A stretch of DNA of 60,447 nucleotides from Octopus bimaculoides (lineage: Eukaryota). Position 1 is the first letter of the stretch; every line of letters begins with the position of its first letter. This document shows, in pieces, positions 51,515 to 60,447 of this stretch. The translations under genes and the position numbers were made by a program. The stretch lies in contig NC_068992.1 of NCBI RefSeq assembly GCF_001194135.2, positions 53,046,510 to 53,106,956 on the forward strand, read 5' to 3'. The notes under the pieces are model-generated. The model was not told where the DNA came from, searched no databases, and was given only the letters and a program-made list of their open reading frames with translations.

Positions 51515-53322
51515 AAAAGAAATAGAAAGAAGATAGGTTAGATACACTCAAATACATTGTGCCTGTGGGAATGTGCGGGAGCATATCGATAACTTATACA
51601 AACATGTATACGTGTGTATATCTGTAAGTATTTGTTCGCAATATAATATCTTCTGTTTACGTGCTCAACATGTAGAACATGCTAAACTATATAAAACAGA
51701 AACCACTTATTTACTCACATTAAAATTTTTATCGCTCACGACCTTGATCAGCGAATACAAACATACAGTGAGACGCCATTTTAGTTAGAAGAAACACAAT
51801 GTATTAAAAATATAAAATACAAACATATAAATGGAAAAGGAAAATTAAAGTCCACGTATTACAATAACTCTTAGCAATGTTTACTTTATTAAAATATTGT
51901 TATCAGTTCCCACTCTTTTTTTACTGTTTCTTTTGTCATTATATATATTATCGTTTACAGCTCACTGAATCACTTTCTCTTTTTTTATGTTTCTCCCAAT
52001 GTTCTTCCATCATGTTTAGATTCACTGCAGTTGTTGCTATTATGTAATCTAATTATAATTGTGGTACTTGCTTGTAGTTGCGTTGATCAGGTCATGATCA
52101 ATACTAATAGAAAATTTGATGAATCTGGAGATTACTTTCTAGAGAAACAACTAGCGGTGATATCGATATAATGATACATCTTTGTGTATTCAATTTATTC
52201 ATCTGCAAGAAAAATTGTGAGATATTGCAGTGAAGCTTTTCATAAACACTTTTGCCAGAAGTTCTCTGAACTATTTCTCTTAATTAATGTAGAATCTGTT
52301 GTGCCGATTTCCGAGAGAGAAGATAATTTACAGTTATTAAGAACGAGCAAATTCTAATTACATTTCAAATGCTTTATTATTTATCCTCTGTGACCGAAAT
52401 ATTTTTTAAAGTGCTTCCATTTATACTCTATTCTCGAAGATATGTAGTTAGATTCAACTAACACCTTATAGAGTATATCGTTCACAATTTCAATAGCTAT
52501 ATGCAACGTTTTCCGGCATGGGGTCCTCTTGGACACGTTCTCACAGAACGCAGAATTTGTATTGGTATAACATTTTATCTAAGATATATAAGATACTGAG
52601 TGGAGGCAAATGACGTTTGCGTTGCATTTCAAATGCCAAAATTACACAAAACACGAAAGTTGATATAAACTGCGTGTGCAATCCTGAGTGGTGTAGAAAT
52701 TTGCTTCGCAGCTTCTTGGCCTCGGTTTCAGCATAACCGTGTGAAATTCATCGTGCACATAGTCTCACACACACGGACATATATCTGTGCGTCTTTGTGT
52801 TTGATCACCACCGTCTGGAAAGTAATTTCTGTCGCCGTAAATTAGTGATTAAGCAAAACAAAAATGGAGGAACAAAATCCGGATTTAAGCAGAGAAATAG
52901 TAGGGTTGATTTAGATTTGTTAAACTTGGCGCTTCCTCTGAAATGTAAAATGTTTATTTTTCACTGAAAAACATTTTTTTTAAACATACATACTACATTC
53001 TAGAACATACACTTTCCAATTTAAAAAAGCTAAATATATCGGATAGTTGTACATTTACGTAAACAGGGTTTTGTAATTCTTCCGTGTAGAAGAAGAATAT
53101 AGGCTTTAAAATATTGCACAATGGAAATGTCAAACTGACATATTCTCTGCATGCTGATAAGCATGTCATGTTGAACTGAATCAAAAGACATCTATAGCTT
53201 ACTCTTTATTTTATCTAAGATTATGTGTCACATTACACACTTGTGAGTTTGAAATCTAGATTGTGAAGATATAGTTATATATATATATATATATATATAC
53301 TCGCACACATACATGTATATGC

Positions 53323-53357
<35 letters not shown>

Positions 53358-53462
53358 CAAACAAACATGTGTGTATACCTGGGTATATACATATGAATAC
53401 ATAGTTACACACATTTGTGTGTATGTTTATACATACATACACATATATCTATCTATCTACTA

Positions 53463-53542
<80 letters not shown>

Positions 53543-54490
53543 TACATATCATTAACAAAGTAGCAGTTTACAAAGTAAAAGGTAAAAGAAATCGATCGAT
53601 CTCCTCTCCCACTTCAAAACAGCTGCCCTTGCACCAAAATTAGAAAAATAAAATTGTCTCATCCGCAGAACGATTCCCTTATCTTATTTTCCTTCCCTTT
53701 TCAATTTCTTTTTATATTTTGTACTGCATAATAAAGCAGATCCTTATTCTTGTATAGCAGATGGAAATGGATGACGATATTTTATGAAAACAAGTTGATT
53801 CGGTCTTACATTTTTAACATGAACGAATTAGAGCGCTTTTGAACTACCATGAAGCAATTCATTAAATTATAAATGAAGCAATGCATACATAGATTATTTT
53901 ATGTATAGAAGCAAATAATATATGAAATTTAGAAGAAATCTTGAAGATTCGAACGAAAAATTAGAAGTAGCGCCACATGAAGGAAGATTTGCAAAGCTTG
54001 GTAGGGACGAATTAAGCCAATGCGAAAATCATGTATGTATCAGACAAGTAATTGGTATAGAAGCAGAAACGGATGTTTTATAGTAGCTGCACCGGATGAA
54101 TGGGTTGCTACAAATTTTTCATCACCTTCCGCGGGAGAATATTGCAACGAAAACGGGTGGAATGTGTGTGTGTATATATATATATATGTGTGTGTATGTA
54201 TGTATGTATGTATGTATGTATATGTATATGTGTCTCTGCGTATGTATACATAGATGGATATATATGTGTGTGTGTGTGTGTGTGTGTATGCATATGTATA
54301 AATATGCGTGTGTATGACTATATATGCATATGTGTATATTAAAACAAAATGTTAAATTCTTGTCCTAGAGTTACCAAAGTTTTCGTATCCACGAAAGCCG
54401 CAGTCTTGTGGACAGCTCGTTAGACTCTATACAAAGACAAAAAAAGTTAAACTTTCTAACACGCAGACGTGAGGTAACGCCCAGATACCT

Positions 54491-54552
54491 AGATTTAACA
54501 GCTAACGTATTAATGGAGACGGAGATTTAACACCTAACGTTAATGGAGACGG
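54491..54552. repeat. Tandem duplication of a 32/30-nt unit
   Basis: agatttaacagctaacgtattaatggagacgg followed by agatttaacacctaacgttaatggagacgg. Confidence 0.9.
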
Positions 54553-55164
54553 GTTATCTCCCTTAGACCAGACGATAAGTTCCTTTGCCGGTCCGCAAGT
54601 GCGGAGATCAAATTTTCCAGTAAGAAGTGCTTGAATTTGACACATGTAGAGAAAACGTCTTTACGACTATTCAACGCGCCAGGTTTAGCGTAGTCCTTGC
54701 AGATTTTGCAGCGGCCACTTCCCATTAATATATGGGCCTAGACTGGATAATCTATTATTTTCCACCTGATATCACATGGAGAACTTCGATTATAGATGTG
54801 CCACACATTGCTTGTCAGGGACGACACAAAACGTCTCACTGAGTTTTCTTAGTTTTATTGTTCAATCTCTTCAGGAAAAGCAAGAATATTTTAGTCTTAG
54901 TATAAGTAAGGTGTGATATTAAATATTAATGTAAGTACGGGATTAAGTATAAAGATCAAAATAAAAAATAAATCTAGAAGAAAAATCAGAAATATTTGTA
55001 AGTATTAAGGGTTAATACAGGGTTATGGGAATAAAAATAGTGGTTATAAGTATGCGCCTATAAAAATGTAGTCTTACTGAAAAATATGCGGTTGGTGTGA
55101 TAGATACTAATTGATCCGCTTAAGTGCTAAAAAAACAGGATACATATATATATATATATATATA

Positions 55165-55176
55165 GTGATGACAAGT

Positions 55177-55255
<79 letters not shown>

Positions 55256-55382
55256 CGAAGATTTGGAGGATGAGGACAATCAAGGTGATGATTATAATAA
55301 TGATGAAAAGAAGAAGAAGAAGAAGAAGAAGAAGAAGAAGAAGAAGAAGAAGAAGAAGAAGAAGAAGAAGAAGAAGAAGAAG

Positions 55383-55415
<33 letters not shown>
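55165..55415. repeat. (GAT)n...(GAA)n(CAA)n compound microsatellite
   Basis: Seen directly. Confidence 0.95.
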
Positions 55416-55480
55416 AATACGGACGAAACGCTGCTACACATTTCGTCCGGTGTGCTAACGATTCTTCCAGCTTGCCGCAT
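55415..55480 (-). mobile_element. SINE 5' fragment (Deu/Nin-domain family)
   Basis: gcggcaagctggaagaatcgttagcacaccggacgaaatg on the minus strand. Confidence 0.7.
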
Positions 55481-55785
55481 TAAACGACGATGAATACTAA
55501 GAACAAGAAATAGAAGTATATATGAGTGTGTGTTAAATTTTATATCTGCGTCTTTCACTACTGTATGCATTTGAATTTTACATGTCTATACCACCATACA
55601 GATGCACAAATGTATTCCGACACGCCTGCTGTTGAATGCAAACATATAGAGCCAAATGTATATACATACACACACGCACACACACACATATATACGCCTA
55701 TTTACATATACATATTTTCTTCTCTGTATGACTGCATGTGTTTATACATTTATTTATGTATACGCATATATGCGTGTGCGTAAAT

Positions 55786-55838
<53 letters not shown>

Positions 55839-56861
55839 CGTACACACACACATATCTATATATACACATATACATACATATATGCCTACATATATATATA
55901 TAAATATATGTGTATATCGAAATATATATATGCATATACATACATAGATGCCTACATATATATGTATATATATATATATATAAATATAAATATATGAATA
56001 TATATATATACATATATGTATATACATATATATATATATATACATATATGCCTATATATACATATGCATATATATAAATATATATAGATATATAAATATA
56101 TATAGATATATACAGTGAGACAGAGAAAGCGAAACAGAGAAAGTAATGCATATATGCTTATATGTGGTCGTCCATGCGCTTGCATTTCAGTTTGCTTCTA
56201 ATCAGTGTTTCTGCGCATGTCTGCCAGTTTCGTTATTATACACGCTTTTGCAGAAAGATGCAAATGACAGCTTTGAAATGATTAGAAAAAGCATCACTGT
56301 ATTAATCCTTTCACTACTTACGTAGATTATCTTTATATCTTGTGGCACCAGACAGTCTGACTGATATCTGTGAAACATATTGTTCATGAGAAATTACCTC
56401 CATATTTAAACAGGGAACAAATTATTTGACTAGCATGTATATTATCAGCAATTCAGTGATTATATGTTTTGTTACAATATTCTAATAGTTCTAGAAATGC
56501 ATGTGTTTATCTTCGCAATTATGAATATATGTACATATGTCTGTGCATATATAGATATATTTATACACATACATACGTATGTGTATATTTATATTCATAC
56601 ACATACAACCATATAAATATAAAAGAATGTACATGTATATATTTATATATATGCGTGTGCGTGTGCGTGTGTGTGTAGAGTTTTGGTGATGCAAACAGGA
56701 AAAAATAGAACTCAATATATGAGTAAATGTATATTTTTATTGATATTTATTGGATCTCACAGAGTACCTACACACGAAACTCTCACTTCTTGAATGACTC
56801 TGTTGCTTCTGATATATATNNNNNNNNNNNNNNNNNNNNNNNNNNNNNNNNNNNNNNNNNN

Positions 56862-56902
<41 letters not shown>

Positions 56903-57349
56903 TTTATATCCACATACGTGCGTAAGTATATATGTATATATAAATATGTACATGCGTGTGTATACATTTGTGCGCGTATATCTATATATATTTATGTATG
57001 TTTTTGTGCATGTGTGTATGTCTGTGTGTGTACGTGCGTGTATGCGCGTACGCACGCATTTGTATAATACATATATATGCGAGAGCGATTTCATGTGATA
57101 TACGAATGCGTACCAGTGATGTAATACGTAGCAAATAATTGTACAGAAGCATATTTTGAAACCTATACTTATTGACTCTATTCCTACAGGGTTAAGCCCG
57201 TACGAAATATTTGCTATGCATAATTTATCGCCGTTACCACACACGTCTGATACATGTATTTGCAGATTTCATATTTCTGTGCTACTTACGTTTCAAAATC
57301 ATGTGCAAACATATTTTACGCACACATATATTCGCACTAACAGGCGCGT

Positions 57350-57381
<32 letters not shown>

Positions 57382-57632
57382 CCACAAAAACACACATGTG
57401 CGTATGCACATACATATACACATACACACAAACACACACACGTATCTACACGCGCACAAACACACAAACACGCACGCACGCATATATATATATATACGTT
57501 TTTCCCTACCACCGCTTGATAAGAGGTGTTAGTGTGTTGATATTGTCGTAAGTTACTGGCTCTGCAAAGTTGTGAAAAAGAAGACACACACATTGGACGA
57601 AGCGCGGGCAAACGGCGGAAGTAACTCGGTCT

Positions 57633-57698
57633 CATTGAGTAGTCTGCATTGAATAGTCTGCTTTTTAGTAGTCTGCATTGAGTAGTCTGCATTGAGTA
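57633..57698. repeat. 14-bp minisatellite, ~4.6 units
   Basis: Unit cattgagtagtctg at 57633, 57647 (variant), 57661 (variant), 57676 and 57690 (partial). Confidence 0.9.
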
Positions 57699-58199
57699 AA
57701 CTTGGAAGGAAGAAAGCAAGCGATTAGCAGCGTCGTTCGGAGCGAGCAAAGGGTAGTTGATACATTCGACGAAAATTGAAAGGGGATGCCCCCAAAATAG
57801 CTACAGTCTAATGTTGGAAACAGGTAACTGATAAAAAATAGAAAGTAAACGAAAAACATCCTATATACCGCAATGTCCACTTTATTCATACAGTAGAGTT
57901 TACGTGCATAGAGATATAAACATCCTCAACACACACGTATATACTTTTAGCGAATTACATTCATTAAATAAAATAATAGAGTAAAGAGGATCAATTACTC
58001 ACATCAAATAATGAAAACATACTTTTATAAATGGAAATGAAAACAACTGAAATAATATAAATCGAAGACTATAGTATTCGATTACCTTAATGAAAATCGG
58101 TGTAATGAATATAAGCAAATATTTACGAAATATCAGTGAATACTAAAAGAGAAATAAATGAATGAAAATTAAATTAAAACAAAACAGCATCATCAGTAT

Positions 58200-58355
58200 T
58201 AATATCATCACCATTCACACCTCCATCATTTTCTTTGTCATCATGATCATCATAGTCGCTGTCGTCGTCGTCTGAATCATCATCGTCGTCATCACCATCA
58301 TCATCAGCAACAGCAGCATTATCATCATCCTCATCATCATAATCCTCATCATCAC

Positions 58356-58388
<33 letters not shown>

Positions 58389-58660
58389 TGCCAACATTCT
58401 CATGGTCTTTATCATCACCGCCAATTCCAGAGTCAACATCCCCACCGTCGTCATCATGCCGTGTATCATCGTCGCAGTCATCGTCGTCACCGCGATCCGC
58501 ATCAGCTTTGTCGTCGTCGTTGTCGCTATCTTTGTCGTCATCGTTCTCGTCGTGCCCCCACCCCCACCCCCACCGTTATCATCATCTCTCCAACACTAAC
58601 AGCACCATCCGCATAACTAACACCAACGCCAGCTACTATTAACCTCCAACTCGTATTCCT
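58200..58660. repeat. Degenerate (ATC/GTC)n trinucleotide tract
   Basis: Seen directly; explains the Met-, Ser- and Val-rich ORFs. Confidence 0.9.
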
Positions 58661-59589
58661 CGTCTTCTTCCACTCCCCTCCTACNNNNNNNNNNNNNNNN
58701 NNNNNNNNNNNNNNNNNNNNNNNNNNNNNNNNNNNNNNNNNNNNNNNNNNNNNNNNNNNNNNNNNNNNNNNNNNNNNNNNNNNNNNNNNNNNNNNNNNNN
58801 NNNNNNNNNNNNNNNNNNNNNNNNNNNNNNNNNNNNNNNNNNNNNNNNNNNNNNNNNNNNNNNNNNNNNNNNNNNNNNNNNNNNNNNNNNNNNNNNNNNN
58901 NNNNNNNNNNNNNNNNNNNNNNNNNNNNNNNNNNNNNNNNNNNNNNNNNNNNNNNNNNNNNNNNNNNNNNNNNNNNNNNNNNNNNNNNNNNNNNNNNNNN
59001 NNNNNNNNNNNNNNNNNNNNNNNNNNNNNNNNNNNNNNNNNNNNNNNNNNNNNNNNNNNNNNNNNNNNNNNNNNNNNNNNNNNNNNNNNNNNNNNNNNNN
59101 NNNNNNNNNNNNNNNNNNNNNNNNNNNNNNNNNNNNNNNNNNNNNNNNNNNNNNNNNNNNNNNNNNNNNNNNNNNNNNNNNNNNNNNNNNNNNNNNNNNN
59201 NNNNNNNNNNNNNNNNNNNNNNNNNNNNNNNNNNNNNNNNNNNNNNNNNNNNNNNNNNNNNNNNNNNNNNNNNNNNNNNNNNNNNNNNNNNNNNNNNNNN
59301 NNNNNNNNNNNNNNNNNNNNNNNNNNNNNNNNNNNNNNNNNNNNNNNNNNNNNNNNNNNNNNNNNNNNNNNNNNNNNNNNNNNNNNNNNNNNNNNNNNNN
59401 NNNNNNNNNNNNNNNNNNNNNNNNNNNNNNNNNNNNNNNNNNNNNNNNNNNNNNNNNNNNNNNNNNNNNNNNNNNNNNNNNNNNNNNNNNNNNNNNNNNN
59501 NNNNNNNNNNNNNNNNNNNNNNNNNNNNNNNNNNNNNNNNNNNNNNNNNNNNNNNNNNNNNNNNNNATATATGCATATGAATAAACACA

Positions 59590-60195
59590 CACAGAGGTTG
59601 TGGTGAATAAACTGACGCCTAAATTACACAAAAATTACACAGATATAATTACCAAAATTACATAAAATATCGTGAAATAACAAAGAGTTAAGTTTATTCA
59701 ATAAAATCGCCATTTTCTTCAACCACGGCTTCCAGACAACTTCAGAATCTCCTACAACTTTTCTAGACTGTCTCCGTAATTTGGTGAATGCTGCCATAAC
59801 CGTTGCCTTCAATTAATCTTTGGTGTTACAAGGAGTTTTGGTGCGCCCCAAACATAATAATCAAGGGGGCTGCAGTCTGGGGAGTTAGGTGGCCAGACCT
59901 TAGGGGTGATGTGGTCGCAGAAATTGACAGGATAATCCTGCAGGTGTGGCATGGGGCAGGGTCCTGTTGCCAGACAGGGTCTTCCAGCAGCCACACTCTT
60001 GACCCAGAGCAGCAATAACTCCCCCAGGTACTTGATGTCGGCCTCCCTGTTGAGTCTGAGGCTGTGTTGGAAGATGATGAATGGAGCCATAACGTCGCCA
60101 TCACTAGTGACCACTAGAAACACCATGATGTTGAGTGGATGTTTGATCTTTATCACTCTCAGTACTTGTCCTCAGATTGGCAGCCAAACTCTCTG
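59590..60195 (-). mobile_element. Tc1/mariner-superfamily transposase 3' half, maT/DD37D-like, with a terminal repeat near 59590-59620
   Basis: KHPLNIMVFLVVTSDGDVMAPF, WQQDPAPCHT, WPPNSPDCSPLDYYVWG and C-terminal AFTKL...SEVVW; several frameshifts and deletions. Confidence 0.88.
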
Positions 60196-60447
60196 AAATG
60201 TTCGTATTGGAGCTTCAGACGCGAATGCCAAGCAGTATAGGACGTCGTCTCCAAACTTTTGACAGAGTGAATTGCTGTTTTTCTCATAGACGGTAAGCAA
60301 CTAACCCTACAATACTGTGCAGTTGAAAGAATGCAAAACAGACGATGCGTGTGCGCGAAACTAAATATAAATAACATGGTGAAAATTTACCCATCCCTGT
60401 TTATATATATGTATGTATGTATATTTATATATATACACATATATATA

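Noticed and set aside
54875-54905. Isolated exon-like signals (also 11851-11909 plus, 50077-50148 minus, ~34240-34340 minus)
   Set aside because: Single splice-site pairs with no phase-linked partners or recognisable peptide; expected by chance.
57633-57698. The minisatellite contains tagtctgcattga, which resembles a circular junction of the 31064-31101 hammerhead; also considered as a CRISPR-like array
   Set aside because: The match relies on the mutated TTGA core and nothing else of the ribozyme is present. The units are contiguous with no spacers, so it is not a CRISPR array.

Overview
AT-rich eukaryotic draft-assembly sequence. It is dense in microsatellites, has 17 N-gaps, and its SINE repertoire looks cephalopod (octopus-like); the taxon is my inference, not a search result. 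No complete protein-coding gene, rRNA, true tRNA or CRISPR array is supportable, and most ORF-track entries are simple-repeat or N-gap artefacts. Supported relics: a Penelope-like element (GIY-YIG region), CR1, two RTE fragments (one with three C2H2-like fingers), two R4/Dong-like fragments beside a (TAA)n tract, a decayed mariner, a maT/DD37D-like transposase and many tRNA-derived SINEs. A weak, phase-compatible chain of small minus-strand exons lies at 846-7327. The most interesting signal is five minimal type-I hammerhead ribozyme motifs in three families. Two are Penelope-associated copies with the canonical CUGAUGA core. Two are identical, fully paired copies with a non-canonical CUGUUGA core in a ~180-nt element ending in (TA)n. 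One is a decayed copy with an ACUAGU palindrome and a second half-site 171 nt upstream, which is retrozyme-like.
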